Origin: Verrucomicrobiaceae bacterium
Lineage (GTDB): Bacteria; Verrucomicrobiota; Verrucomicrobiia; Chthoniobacterales; JAATET01
DNA: 64,000 bases
Assembly (NCBI GenBank): GCA_027488755.1
Contig: JAIYAZ010000075.1
Span: 64,492 to 128,491 of the forward strand
Direction: 5' to 3'
Below, one piece after another: positions 10,138-22,062 of the stretch. The notes below the pieces were generated by a model. That model saw only the letters and a list, made by a program, of their open reading frames with translations. It did not search any database and was not told where the DNA came from. The position numbers and the translations under genes were made by a program. Position 1 is the stretch's first letter. Every line of letters begins with the position of its first letter.

Positions 10138-11250
10138 AACTCAACCGCATCATCGCCAACGCGGGAGAGTGGCTTTCCGGGGACGGCCCGCATCGTCAGG
10201 TCGTGGTCAGCAGCCGCATCCGCCTCGCCCGGAACCTAGCCCGCACCCCCTTTCCCGGCTGGGCCAAGCGCGCCGAACGCCTCCACACCCTCGAACTCCT
10301 CCGTCCCGCCGTCGAGTCCCTGCCCGAAATGCGTGAATCCTACGCACAAAATCTCACGGAACTCACCGCGTTGGAACGCCAGGTGCTGGTGGAAAGGCAT
10401 CTGATCAGCCGCGAACATGCCGCCAAAGGCGCGGGAAGCGCCGTCGTGATGAACGTCGAACAGACGCTCAGTTTCATGATCAATGAGGAGGACCACCTCC
10501 GCATGCAGGGCATTCGTTGCGGCCTCCAGCTTCACGAGACCTACGCCATGGTCGACCAATGCGACACCGAGCTCGCCGAATGCCTCGAGTTTGCCTACCA
10601 CGACGACCTCGGCTACCTCACCGCCTGCCCCACGAATGTCGGCACCGGCATGCGCGCCTCCGCCATGCTCCATCTGCCCGGCCTTGTCATGAGCGAGCAG
10701 ATCAACAAGATCATCAACTCGGTGAACAAGATCGGCCTCGCCGTCCGCGGCCTCCACGGGGAAGGCACCGAGGCCATGGGCAACCTCTTTCAGGTCTCCA
10801 ACCAGACCACCCTCGGCGAAAGCGAGCCGCAGATCATCGAACGGCTCAACGAGGTCATCCTCCACATCATCGAGCACGAGGAAAACTCCCGACAGCAACT
10901 CCTCGAGAAACGCCCCGCGATGGTGCTCGACCAGATCGGCCGCGCCTTCGGCATCCTCTGCCACGCCCACAGCATGACCTCCAAGGAGGCGCTCAACCTT
11001 CTCTCCATCCTCAAGCTCGGCGTCGACCTCGAAATCTTCCCGAACAGCGACGCCGCCCCGTCCCGCGCCACCATTGACGAACTCTTTATCGAAACCCAGC
11101 CCGCCCACCTGCAAAAGGGCGCCCAGGGCCAGAAAATGACCGCCGAGGCGCGCGACGCCTTGCGGGCCACCCTTATCCGGGCGAAGCTGAATTCGCTCCC
11201 ACCACCCGACACCGCCAAGGTGCCGCTGCCCGAAGTCTCCAAGCAAACCG

Positions 11251-11261
<11 letters not shown>
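10134..11261 (+). CDS. mcsB: Protein-arginine kinase McsB (ATP:guanido phosphotransferase)
   Basis: Internal ATG at aa 162 of ORF 9651..11261. Guanidino-kinase active-site signature LTACPTNVGTGMRASAMLHLPGL, and N-terminal VVSSRIRLARNLARTPFP. Confidence 0.85.
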
Positions 11262-13749
<2,488 letters not shown>

Positions 13750-13774
13750 ACCGGCCCACGAACCTTAAACGCCC

Positions 13775-13820
13775 GAACGGCTGCCGCGGATTCACCCCCC
13801 GGCAGCCGTTCCGCTTTTGG
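13775..13820. terminator. Bidirectional intrinsic terminator between convergent clpC and the membrane-protein gene
   Basis: Perfect 12-bp inverted repeat GAACGGCTGCCG (13775-13786) / CGGCAGCCGTTC (13800-13811). It is followed by CGCTTTTGG on the plus strand and by a T-run on the minus strand. Confidence 0.6.
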
Positions 13821-13830
13821 GCCGCGGTCG

Positions 13831-15228
13831 CTACCGCCCCTTGCCGAGGGTTTGGATCAATTGCTCGCGGTAACTCTCGGGAATTCCGGTCTGATACATC
13901 ACGAGCCGGGCCGTGGAGATCCCCGTCGTGGCCACCGAGAGAACGCCGATCGCCAGCACCGCGCCCTGCACCAACCGCCGGCTTCGGAACCACGGATCCT
14001 CAAGCGCCGCCAGCGTGAGCACCACAATGAGCGGCAGAAACTCCGCCGTGTAGCGGTAGGTGATGAAATACCACGCGCAGATCACGGCCACCTGCCCGAG
14101 GAAAAGCAGCGCCGCGTAGGTGAGCGCCGGCGGACGACGCCGGATCAGCGCCACCAACCCAAGCCCCGCAAACACGAGCAGAACCGGACTCGCCATCGGG
14201 ATCGTGATCATCGCCTCGGCGGAATCCGAGAAATACAGGTTCACGCGGTTCGGCCGCGCCGGCGTCCACGGCGAGAGGTAGGGAAAGGACGGCGTCACGT
14301 ATTGCCCGTGAACCCCGAGATATTCCCCGAGCGAGAACGGAACCCGGCGCGCGTTGAAGGTCCCCAGTTCCGCCCGCGTCTTCGCGACCTGCGCACTTTC
14401 GAGTTCATATCCCTGCCACGTCAGAAACGTGAGCGGCGACCCAAAGCGGGCGTGGTTATACCAAAGGCAAAACGACCCCGCGAGCACCAGTGGCAGCGCC
14501 GCCAGCGCGAGGCCGCGCCAGGGCACCCGCGGCGAATCATCCCCGCGCCGCCGCCAGCAGGCCAGAAACACGGCGCCAAGCAGCAGGCCGAAAAGCGGCA
14601 GGGAAAAGGTCAGCCGCGACAGCAGCGCGCCGGCCGTGCAGGTCGCCATCAGCACGAGCGCAGCGGTGCTCCAGCCCCGATGCAGCGCGCGGTAGCCAAT
14701 CGCGATGGTCCAGAGCGAGAATCCCAGCGCCCACAGGATCGACTCCTGGTAAATCGTCGGCACCGCGACGAGGTAAAGGATCGGGCTGGCGAGCGCAAAG
14801 ATGAGCGCGAGCAGCAGCGCGGTTCCGCGGGAGAAGCCGGCCCCCGCTTGGCGGCACGCCTCCCAAAACAGGACAAAGAGCGCCGTCGCGGCAAACAATC
14901 CCCCAAGCCAGCAAAGCAGCGGAGCCAGTTTGCCAAACGTGTCCGGCACAAACACCAGCCACGGAATCCGCAGCAGGGCCGGAAACGGTCCGAAATAGAT
15001 CACGTTCTTTCCGGCCGAGCGGATGGCCTCGTAGACCACGGCCCCGTCGGGAATATCCACCTCCCCCCGCAGCAGGCTCAGCCCGAGCGAATCAAACGGC
15101 GTGCCCAGCGTGCGCTGGAAAAAATTACCCGTGCCAAAGGTCACAAACCACCCGAACGCCAAGCCCACGAGCGCGAGGAAGCCCAGCGCGTAAATCGCCC
15201 GGGTTCGCTTGCGAAAGTCTGGTTGCAT
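13831..15228 (-). CDS. Polytopic membrane protein, GT-C-like (ArnT/PMT-type) glycosyltransferase candidate
   Basis: 465 aa from the internal ATG (MQPDFRKRTRAIYALGFLAL...). About 10 or more hydrophobic segments. The first loop carries the acidic motif RGEVDIPDG. The upstream 264 aa of the track ORF are Arg/Pro-rich and overlap the next gene, so they were rejected. Confidence 0.45.
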   Translation of the reverse strand: MQPDFRKRTRAIYALGFLALVGLAFGWFVTFGTGNFFQRTLGTPFDSLGLSLLRGEVDIPDGAVVYEAIRSAGKNVIYFGPFPALLRIPWLVFVPDTFGKLAPLLCWLGGLFAATALFVLFWEACRQAGAGFSRGTALLLALIFALASPILYLVAVPTIYQESILWALGFSLWTIAIGYRALHRGWSTAALVLMATCTAGALLSRLTFSLPLFGLLLGAVFLACWRRRGDDSPRVPWRGLALAALPLVLAGSFCLWYNHARFGSPLTFLTWQGYELESAQVAKTRAELGTFNARRVPFSLGEYLGVHGQYVTPSFPYLSPWTPARPNRVNLYFSDSAEAMITIPMASPVLLVFAGLGLVALIRRRPPALTYAALLFLGQVAVICAWYFITYRYTAEFLPLIVVLTLAALEDPWFRSRRLVQGAVLAIGVLSVATTGISTARLVMYQTGIPESYREQLIQTLGKGR

Positions 15229-15337
15229 GGGTGGTGCTGGCCGGGCGGCGGCTTCCGACCAGACCGGACCCGAGCCAGCTTTCTGCGCGGTTGCTCCGCG
15301 CAGGGCAACCAAAAATCTTCGCCCCGACCGGTCGGAC

Positions 15338-16804
15338 TTAATCGTCCGATTTGTCCTTCTTCGCCGGACGCGCCTTCGCCGGGGCGGAGTTATTCCGCGG
15401 CGGCGCGGGCCGTTGGGCCTGCACCGGAGCCGGGCGGGCGGGCGCGGCCTGCGGCGGGCGCGGGCGCACCTGCTCCGGGCGAGCGGACGCCGGCGGCCGG
15501 ACGATGACCCTCTCCATCGAGCGGCGGGCGGCCTCGGAATCCTGCCGCGGGGCCGCCTGCGCGGGGCGGGGGCGCGGGGCCGCGGGCACCTGGCTGGTGG
15601 GCAGGGGCCGCGGACGGGTGACCTGGGCGGGCGCCGCCGTTGCCGGCCGCGGGACGCGATTGACGTTCGTTCCCGGGCGCGCTTCCGCCCGATCCGGCAG
15701 CGGGCGGGGACGCGCGGCGACGGTATCGCGATTCGGGCGCGAGGCTTGCCCGGGGAGCGGGCGCGGCGCCGGCACGCTGGCGGGGCGCGACGCGCGGTCC
15801 GCCGCCGGCAGCGGCTTCGGGCGGACGGCGGTCGGGGCCGTCGGGCGGTTCCCCGGGAGGTCGCGGCGGGCCGTGGCACCCGCGGCGGCGGGGCGGGGTT
15901 TCCGCGTTTCGGCCACCATCTGGTTGCGGACGTTCTGGCGCTGGGCGGGCGTGAGATCCGTCCAACCCCGGTCGCTCTGGCGCGGGCCGACCTTGGCGGC
16001 GACGCGCGGCGGGCGGGCATCCGGGTCTTTCGTCACGCGGGGCGCGACGACGCGCAGGCGGTCGCCGTCGAGAACGTTGCGGCTGCTGTTGGGGCCGCGC
16101 CCGGTTCGCGGGTTCACGGTTTCCACGCGATCAATGCGGGCACGGCGGACGTTGCCGGCGCGGCTGAGTTCCTGGTAGTCCGGCCCGCCGTTGTAGATCA
16201 CGTTCTGGTTGTTGTTCACCACGTTGGTGATGTTCGTGATGTTCGTCGTGTTTTGAATGATCGTCACATTGTTCTGCGGCGGCACGCAGAAGTTACCCAC
16301 GTTGCCGTAGCCGAAGTAGCGGTCGGGGCAGAAGCGGTAGAAGGAAGGGCCCACGCCGAAGCTGATGCCGATGCCAACGGAGATGCCCACGCTGGGCTGC
16401 CAGACGACCTCGGGCGGCAGGGGAGCCCAGCCGACGTAACCGCCGCCGGAGCGCCACGACACCCAGGCGGGAGCCCATTCGTAACCCGGCACCCAGCACC
16501 AGCCGCGGCCGCGGAGGTTCGTCCAGCGACCGTAGTGATACGTGGCCCAGCCCCAGGATTCCTGCGACACCCACGCCCAGCCGTCGTCGGTGTAGACCCA
16601 CTGCCCGACCGTGTAGGGTTGCCAGCCCACGCCGACCCCGACGGGCTGCCACACGTAGCCGTAGTCGGCCGTCTGCACCCAGTCGCCGTAGGGGGCGAGT
16701 TCGTTGTAGAAAACGTTGAAGTTAATGTCGGCCCGGGCTCGTTCGGGCAGGAGAACGAGCATCAGGGACGCGAGGGACGCGCAAAACGCACGAGGGAGTT
16801 TCAT
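15338..16804 (-). CDS. Secreted DUF6600-like (W/Y/G-rich) protein with a long basic Pro/Arg/Ala-rich tail
   Basis: Signal peptide MKLPRAFCASLASLMLVLLPERARA. N-domain FYNELAPYGDWVQTADYGYVWQP...WGWATYHYGRWTNLRGRGWCWVPGYEWAPAWVSW. The C-terminal ~250 aa are low-complexity RP/AP repeats ending in KKDKSDD. Confidence 0.6.
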   Translation of the reverse strand: MKLPRAFCASLASLMLVLLPERARADINFNVFYNELAPYGDWVQTADYGYVWQPVGVGVGWQPYTVGQWVYTDDGWAWVSQESWGWATYHYGRWTNLRGRGWCWVPGYEWAPAWVSWRSGGGYVGWAPLPPEVVWQPSVGISVGIGISFGVGPSFYRFCPDRYFGYGNVGNFCVPPQNNVTIIQNTTNITNITNVVNNNQNVIYNGGPDYQELSRAGNVRRARIDRVETVNPRTGRGPNSSRNVLDGDRLRVVAPRVTKDPDARPPRVAAKVGPRQSDRGWTDLTPAQRQNVRNQMVAETRKPRPAAAGATARRDLPGNRPTAPTAVRPKPLPAADRASRPASVPAPRPLPGQASRPNRDTVAARPRPLPDRAEARPGTNVNRVPRPATAAPAQVTRPRPLPTSQVPAAPRPRPAQAAPRQDSEAARRSMERVIVRPPASARPEQVRPRPPQAAPARPAPVQAQRPAPPRNNSAPAKARPAKKDKSDD

Positions 16805-16880
16805 AGGTTTCTGTTTCGAATAACTGCGCAGCCCGAAGGTTTATTCATTCGTTTTCCAGCGCAAGGGCCCGCCGGGGCAG

Positions 16881-16908
16881 AAAAAAACCCGGGAGGGTCT
16901 CCCGGGTT
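16881..16908 (-). terminator. Strong intrinsic terminator closing the glycan locus
   Basis: The minus strand reads AACCCGGGAG-ACC-CTCCCGGGTTTTTTT: a 9-bp GC stem, 3-nt loop and U7 tail, 26 nt after the stop of the last GT4 gene. Confidence 0.75.
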
Positions 16909-16933
16909 CATCTGGGCAGGATGGAGGGTTGGT

Positions 16934-18013
16934 TCAGGCAAGCCCGGCCAGGAAGGCGTCCACGTTTCGAGCGTTGTCGTGCAGCTCCGCGACGAAGCGT
17001 TCGCAGCCCCGCTGGCAGACGGCGAGTTCCTCCGCGTCCCCCAGCAACCGCCGGGCCGCGGCTTCGAACGCCGCAAAATCCCCCGCCGCGAAGGTCCCCG
17101 GCTCGAAGCGCCCGAAGAGGTCATCGGGATTCACGTCGAGCGAAAGGAGGGCGGCGGAGCCGAGGCCAGCCTGGATGAAGCTGTTCGGCCAACCCTCGAA
17201 GGTCGAGGTGTTCACAAAAAGCTTCGCGGCGTCGTATTCCGCCTGCACGTCGCGGTAGGGAACGCGTTCGACGAAGGTGAGGTTCGGCAGCGTGCCCGCG
17301 CGGGCGGCGACCGATTCCCAGAGCGTCACATCCTCACGCGGACAGACCATGCGGCAACGCGCGTCCGGCATACGCTCCACGAGGTCGAGGAAAAGGTGCG
17401 GGCGTTTGATCGGCTGGCAGCGCGCGATCCAGAGCAGGTCAACCGTCTTCGCCGCCGTGCGGGGCAGGGCGCGGGGCAGAATGAGGTTGCGATACATTCC
17501 GCCGGAAAGTCCCTGCCGCGCAAACTGCGTCGCCTGGTAATCGCTCATGGCCAGGCGGTGATCGGCCGCGCGCACGCCGGCCTCAAACAGCGCGCCGCGC
17601 AGGGGATTCTCGCGGCGAAACTCGCCGTTCACCTCGGTATCCAGCCCGCAGATGAAGACGATCCGCTCGGACCCGGCTCGCAGATAACGCAGGAGATACA
17701 GCCAGCTCGTCCAACCGAGCACGAGCAGATAGTCCGCTCTCTCCTCGCGGAGGATGCGTCGCACGCGCGGAATCGCGCGCGCCGTGTCGGCAAGGCCACC
17801 GGTTTGGAACGGTCCGCCGTTGCGGGTGCGCACGCCCTCAAAGACGGCGCCGTCCGCCTGCCCGATATCGCCACCGATGATCACCACCTCGTGCCCGCGA
17901 GCAACCAGCTCCCGCGCGAGCAGGGCAACCTGCAGCTCCGCGCCGCCGGAGACGCGATTGGCCGCGGGATCGAGCGCGAGGTGCGCGTAGCTGGAGAGAA
18001 AGCAGAACTTCAT
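16934..18013 (-). CDS. Glycosyltransferase, GT-B fold (GT4-like)
   Basis: Internal ATG (aa 45 of the track ORF): MKFCFLSSYAHLALDPAANRVSGGAELQVALLARELVARGHEV. C-terminal FVNTSTFEGWPNSFIQAGLGSAALL. Confidence 0.75.
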   Translation of the reverse strand: MKFCFLSSYAHLALDPAANRVSGGAELQVALLARELVARGHEVVIIGGDIGQADGAVFEGVRTRNGGPFQTGGLADTARAIPRVRRILREERADYLLVLGWTSWLYLLRYLRAGSERIVFICGLDTEVNGEFRRENPLRGALFEAGVRAADHRLAMSDYQATQFARQGLSGGMYRNLILPRALPRTAAKTVDLLWIARCQPIKRPHLFLDLVERMPDARCRMVCPREDVTLWESVAARAGTLPNLTFVERVPYRDVQAEYDAAKLFVNTSTFEGWPNSFIQAGLGSAALLSLDVNPDDLFGRFEPGTFAAGDFAAFEAAARRLLGDAEELAVCQRGCERFVAELHDNARNVDAFLAGLA

Positions 18014-19005
18014 CGCCGCACGGTGGCCGCCAGCATGCGCAGCCAGGGAATTCGCGGAAGCAGGCCCGGACGAAACGCCACGAGCGCGGCCAGAAAAGCG
18101 CCGCCCGCCCCGGCCCGGACGGCCCGGCCGTAAAGCGCGTAGCATTGCTCGGCGACCATGCGGGCAAAACCGGGCGCGGGCCGCCGGCCGCGCAGGAAGG
18201 CCGGCTCAAGCCCGGCCAGCGCCTCGAAGTATTCCCACCAGTCCCCCGGCAACGCCTCCGCCCAGGCCGAGGCAATCACGGGGCTCGCGTCAAATCCCGG
18301 GGCGACGGTTTCCATGTGCCGTTCGAGCACGGCCCGCACCGCGGACCGGCGGCGCACGGCGTCATCCGTGCGCGCCATGATCGACGCGGCGTGCAGCCGG
18401 TATTTCACGAGCGGTTCGCGCAACGTGACGACCGGAAACTCCTCCGCCACGCGGCCCCAGAGGTCGAGATCCTCGCAGGCCGGCTGATCGCGGTAACCAC
18501 CAAAGCGGTTCACAATGATGCTGCGCCGGAACACCGCGGCGGAGTGCGCAAAGGGTGCCCGGAAGCAGAGATCCCACGAGACCAGATCCGCGTGACCGCC
18601 CGTGCGCCAGCGTCCGCGGGGAGCCCCGCGGTCATCCACGAGCCACGCATCGCAACCGAGCAGCGGCACCGCGGGATTTCCCCGCAAGAAGGCGAGTTGC
18701 GCTGCGAGCCGGCCGGGGGCGCTGAGATCATCGGCATCCTGCCGCGCCACCCATTCCCCGCGAGCTTCGGCCAGCCCGCGGTTAAGCGCGGTAACCAGGC
18801 CGAGGTTGCGGTCGTGCCGGATCACGCGCAGGCGCGGATCGGCGAACTCCGCAAGCAGGCGCGGCGAGTCGTCCGTCGATCCATCATCGATCACGAGCAG
18901 TTCAAAATCGGTGAACGTCTGCCGCGCCACGCTCGCGAGGGTTTCCGGCAGATGCCGCGCCCCGTTGTAGAGCGGCATGAGAATGGTAACGGCGGGACGG
19001 CTCAT
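18010..19005 (-). CDS. Glycosyltransferase family 2 (GT-A)
   Basis: MSRPAVTILMPLYNGARHLPETLASVARQTFTDFELLVIDDGSTDDS, plus QDADDLS (DXD). There are 4-nt ATGA overlaps at both ends. Confidence 0.85.
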   Translation of the reverse strand: MSRPAVTILMPLYNGARHLPETLASVARQTFTDFELLVIDDGSTDDSPRLLAEFADPRLRVIRHDRNLGLVTALNRGLAEARGEWVARQDADDLSAPGRLAAQLAFLRGNPAVPLLGCDAWLVDDRGAPRGRWRTGGHADLVSWDLCFRAPFAHSAAVFRRSIIVNRFGGYRDQPACEDLDLWGRVAEEFPVVTLREPLVKYRLHAASIMARTDDAVRRRSAVRAVLERHMETVAPGFDASPVIASAWAEALPGDWWEYFEALAGLEPAFLRGRRPAPGFARMVAEQCYALYGRAVRAGAGGAFLAALVAFRPGLLPRIPWLRMLAATVRR

Positions 19006-20156
19006 CGGCAGAGGGCCTGGAAGATTTCCGCGTGGCGGTCGAGCCAGCGTTCGCGGTCGAACGAGCGCTCCGCCCACGAGCGGGCCGAGGCGGCGAAGTT
19101 TCCCTGCGCGCTCAGAATTTCCTCGACGGCGTCGGCCATTTCCGCGGCGCCGGGGGCGTGGTCCTGCGTCCAGTCATCCGGCACGGGAACCAGCCGGCCG
19201 CAATCGGCCGGGACGAGCTCCGGCATCCCGCCGCTGTGCGAGGCGACGACGGGCAGACCGCAGGCGAGCGCCTCGATGGGCACGGTGGGGCAGGGATCCT
19301 TGTATTTCGGGTGAAGGAGCACGTGCGCGGCACGGTAGAGCGCGGGAGCCTCGGCCTGAGTGAAACGCGGGCGCAGACGCACGTGATCGCGCAGGCCGCG
19401 CGACGCGATGTAATCCGCCACCTCGCGGTCACCGCCCGGCCAGCGGAATTCGCCCGCGATGGTCAGACGCACGGAACGTCCCCGCGCGATCAGCTCCGCG
19501 AGGGCGTCGAGCGAGGCGCGCACGCGGTAGAACGAGTGATTCGTGCCCATGGCAAGGAGTTCCCAGACGTTCAGCGGCGGGCGCACTGGCGCGGGCGAGA
19601 AGTGCACGAGATCGACCGGGTTCCACAGAACCTCCGCCGGTGCCGACGCGGGGCCGAGATAACGGTCCGCCGCCCCGCGGCAAAACTCGCTCTGGTAGAT
19701 CACGTGATCCGCCTGCGCGAGCAGGGCGCGCATCGGCTCATTGAACCACGGATAATGCCCGCCGCACCACGCGGGGTAAGCCACGCCGTTCTGATTCCAG
19801 ATGAGGGGAATCCCCTCCCCGCGCGCCCAGGCGACAAGTTCCTCCACGTGCGGCACGAGGTGCAGCGTGCTGCTCACGAGATAAATGACGTTGAATCGCC
19901 TCCGCTCCTCCCCAAAGCGCGCGCGGAGATGCGCGAACTTCACGGCTCCGCCAATGGCGGCCTCCTCGGGGCGGAGCGGATCCTCGATCCAGCCAAAGTT
20001 CAGCGCGGGGCCGCCCGACGGTGGCGGCGGCAGGGCCTGCAGGCGACGGCGGAACGCGCGGCGCCCGCGGACATGATACATCCGCCGCGCGAGCGCCACG
20101 GCGGATTCGCGCGCCCGGATGACCGGGGACACGGGCTCGACCATTCTTACGCCCAT
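19002..20156 (-). CDS. Glycosyltransferase, GT-B fold (GT4-like)
   Basis: C-terminal LLHPKYKDPCPTVPIEALACGLPVVASHSGGMPELV. The start is ambiguous (ATG at 20156 or 20144). Confidence 0.75.
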   Translation of the reverse strand: MGVRMVEPVSPVIRARESAVALARRMYHVRGRRAFRRRLQALPPPPSGGPALNFGWIEDPLRPEEAAIGGAVKFAHLRARFGEERRRFNVIYLVSSTLHLVPHVEELVAWARGEGIPLIWNQNGVAYPAWCGGHYPWFNEPMRALLAQADHVIYQSEFCRGAADRYLGPASAPAEVLWNPVDLVHFSPAPVRPPLNVWELLAMGTNHSFYRVRASLDALAELIARGRSVRLTIAGEFRWPGGDREVADYIASRGLRDHVRLRPRFTQAEAPALYRAAHVLLHPKYKDPCPTVPIEALACGLPVVASHSGGMPELVPADCGRLVPVPDDWTQDHAPGAAEMADAVEEILSAQGNFAASARSWAERSFDRERWLDRHAEIFQALCR

Positions 20157-20962
20157 GGCAAATCCCGCCCCAGCAGGGCGGCCAGCTGCGCGTTGCGCGG
20201 GCGGTAGAAGGCGCGCAGGGCCTGCTCGGTTTCCGCCGGCATCCATTCCTGATACCCGCCGTCGCGCGCGGGCGGGCGGGGCTCAAGATCCACGGCGGGA
20301 AGCCCCGCATGCGCCAACGCCCGCTGGGCCATGCCCACGGGATCGGCAAAAAATTCTTCGCTGATGAGAAACAAACACTGTTCGCGCGGAAACACCTCGA
20401 GCCAGCGCTCGACCGCCCGGGCATACCAGCCGCAGAGCACGTAGCGCGCGGGGCTCCAGGCATGACGCGCGGCCGCATCGACCAGCGGCAGCACCGACGG
20501 CTCGTCCAGCCAGCGCATGGCGCTGCTTACGTTCGCGGAGAAGTCCCCGCGGTCGGAGCCAAAGCGACGGAACATCTGGTAGTCCGACCAGGCGCGGCGC
20601 ACCGGATCGCGGAACAGGAAAATCACCCGCGCCTCGGGCAGGATCGCGCGGACGTTGCGGGGGGCGTCGGGATTAACGAAATACTCGACGCTGCCGTCGC
20701 CGACGACAAACCGGCTTCCCGGCAGGCGCAGCGGGTAATTCATCGCCGCGCGCAGGCGGCTGCCGGGGTAATGCACAAAGTTCGTCGGCTCCTTGCGGGC
20801 GCCCCGCCGCACGCCGGGATGCTCGCTCATGATGTCGTAGAGAGTGGAGGTGCCGCACTTCGGCGCGCCCGCAATGACAAAGCCGGGCAGGGCGCGACAC
20901 GGAGCCGTGAGCAGACGCCAGGCCTTGTCGATTTCAAAGCGAAGGTCGGGGGGGCGAATCAT
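20147..20962 (-). CDS. PAPS-dependent sulfotransferase (compact, ~271 aa)
   Basis: 5'-PSB loop FVIAGAPKCGTSTLYD and 3'-PB motif FLFRDPVRRAWSDY. Start at the internal ATG (aa 19), which overlaps the upstream stop. Confidence 0.8.
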   Translation of the reverse strand: MIRPPDLRFEIDKAWRLLTAPCRALPGFVIAGAPKCGTSTLYDIMSEHPGVRRGARKEPTNFVHYPGSRLRAAMNYPLRLPGSRFVVGDGSVEYFVNPDAPRNVRAILPEARVIFLFRDPVRRAWSDYQMFRRFGSDRGDFSANVSSAMRWLDEPSVLPLVDAAARHAWSPARYVLCGWYARAVERWLEVFPREQCLFLISEEFFADPVGMAQRALAHAGLPAVDLEPRPPARDGGYQEWMPAETEQALRAFYRPRNAQLAALLGRDLPWA

Positions 20963-22062
20963 GCGGAGAGTTCGGCGCGAATGCGGTCGGCCATCCTGCG
21001 GCAGACGGCGTCCCAAGTGAAGCGCGCGCTGGCGAATTCCCGGGCGGCCGCTCCCATTTGCTCGCGGCGCGTTCCGTCCGCCAGCAGCTCCAAGAGCGCG
21101 GGAGCGAGGCTCTCCGGCGCACGCAGGAAACCCGTCTCGCCGTCGCGCACGCGTTCGGCGTTCCCACCCACCGGCGTGGCGACCACGGGCAGACCGTGCA
21201 ACGCCGCCTCACCGATCACCGAGGCCGATGGATCCATGCGGCTCGGCAGGCAAAACACCGCCGCCTCGCGGTAGAAGTCCGCGACCCGTTCCGGTGCCAC
21301 CCGCCCGACAACTCGCACCCCCGGCTCGTGGATCGCGGGGGAACACCCGACGATCCACAGCTCCGCCTCCGGCCGCGCGGCCCGCACCGCGCGAAAGGCC
21401 GCGAGCAGTTCCGGCCCGCCCTTGCGCTCCCAGTCCACGCCCACAAAAAGAATCGCGGCGGGATTTCGCGAAGCGGAGGACGCCGAGAGCGGAACGTTTT
21501 GGCCGGAGAATACGCACTCCACGCGCTCCGCCGGCACCGCGTAATCCTCGCGCACCGAGGCCGCGGCAAACTCGCTGGAAACAAAGTTCACCGTCGCCCG
21601 GCGGTAGAGCGTGCGCTCCATTTCGAGCCACCCGCGCGGCACGGGCAGAAGCGGACGCGGCTGGGCGTAGCGGCGGTTCGCGAGATACGTGTGGTCGGAG
21701 TAGAGAAAGTGCGGCACGCCCTCACGCCGGGCATCAAAAAGCGACTGGGTTTGGAAAACTAACGCCGTGCGGGCCGGGTCGACCTCGCGTTCCACCCATT
21801 GGTGGATGGCCCGACCAACCACGTTCAGACGCGGAAAGAAATCCCGCGGCGGCTGTCGTTGCGCCACGATGCGCGGGCCGTAGCGAAACGCGGCCTCGAC
21901 GTGCGCGCGGAGTAAGAGCCCGGCGGAACCGCGCACGATGTCGCGCTCCACGTCCACGACGCGCCACGCGAGGTCCGGAAACTCGGCTCGCAGACCGCGC
22001 TCCACGGCGTCGTTGATCAACGAAAACGCGCCGATGCGGAAAAAATACGCCCCGCGTTTCAT
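20959..22062 (-). CDS. Glycosyltransferase, GT-B fold (GT4-like)
   Basis: Internal ATG (aa 53): MKRGAYFFRIGAFS... C-terminal FCLPSRMDPSASVIGEAALHGLPVVATPVGGNAERVRDGETGFL. Confidence 0.8.
   Translation of the reverse strand: MKRGAYFFRIGAFSLINDAVERGLRAEFPDLAWRVVDVERDIVRGSAGLLLRAHVEAAFRYGPRIVAQRQPPRDFFPRLNVVGRAIHQWVEREVDPARTALVFQTQSLFDARREGVPHFLYSDHTYLANRRYAQPRPLLPVPRGWLEMERTLYRRATVNFVSSEFAAASVREDYAVPAERVECVFSGQNVPLSASSASRNPAAILFVGVDWERKGGPELLAAFRAVRAARPEAELWIVGCSPAIHEPGVRVVGRVAPERVADFYREAAVFCLPSRMDPSASVIGEAALHGLPVVATPVGGNAERVRDGETGFLRAPESLAPALLELLADGTRREQMGAAAREFASARFTWDAVCRRMADRIRAELSA

Noticed and set aside
15229-16020. Long Arg/Pro-rich N-terminal extensions on track ORFs: 13831..16020, 45012..46598, 50104..51918, 51102..52673, 30187..31704 and 1038..2627.
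   Set aside because: The extensions overlap the neighbouring real gene in another frame and read as RRRP/PRPR-type low complexity. In each case an internal ATG gives a canonical family N-terminus and often a 4-nt overlap with the upstream stop.
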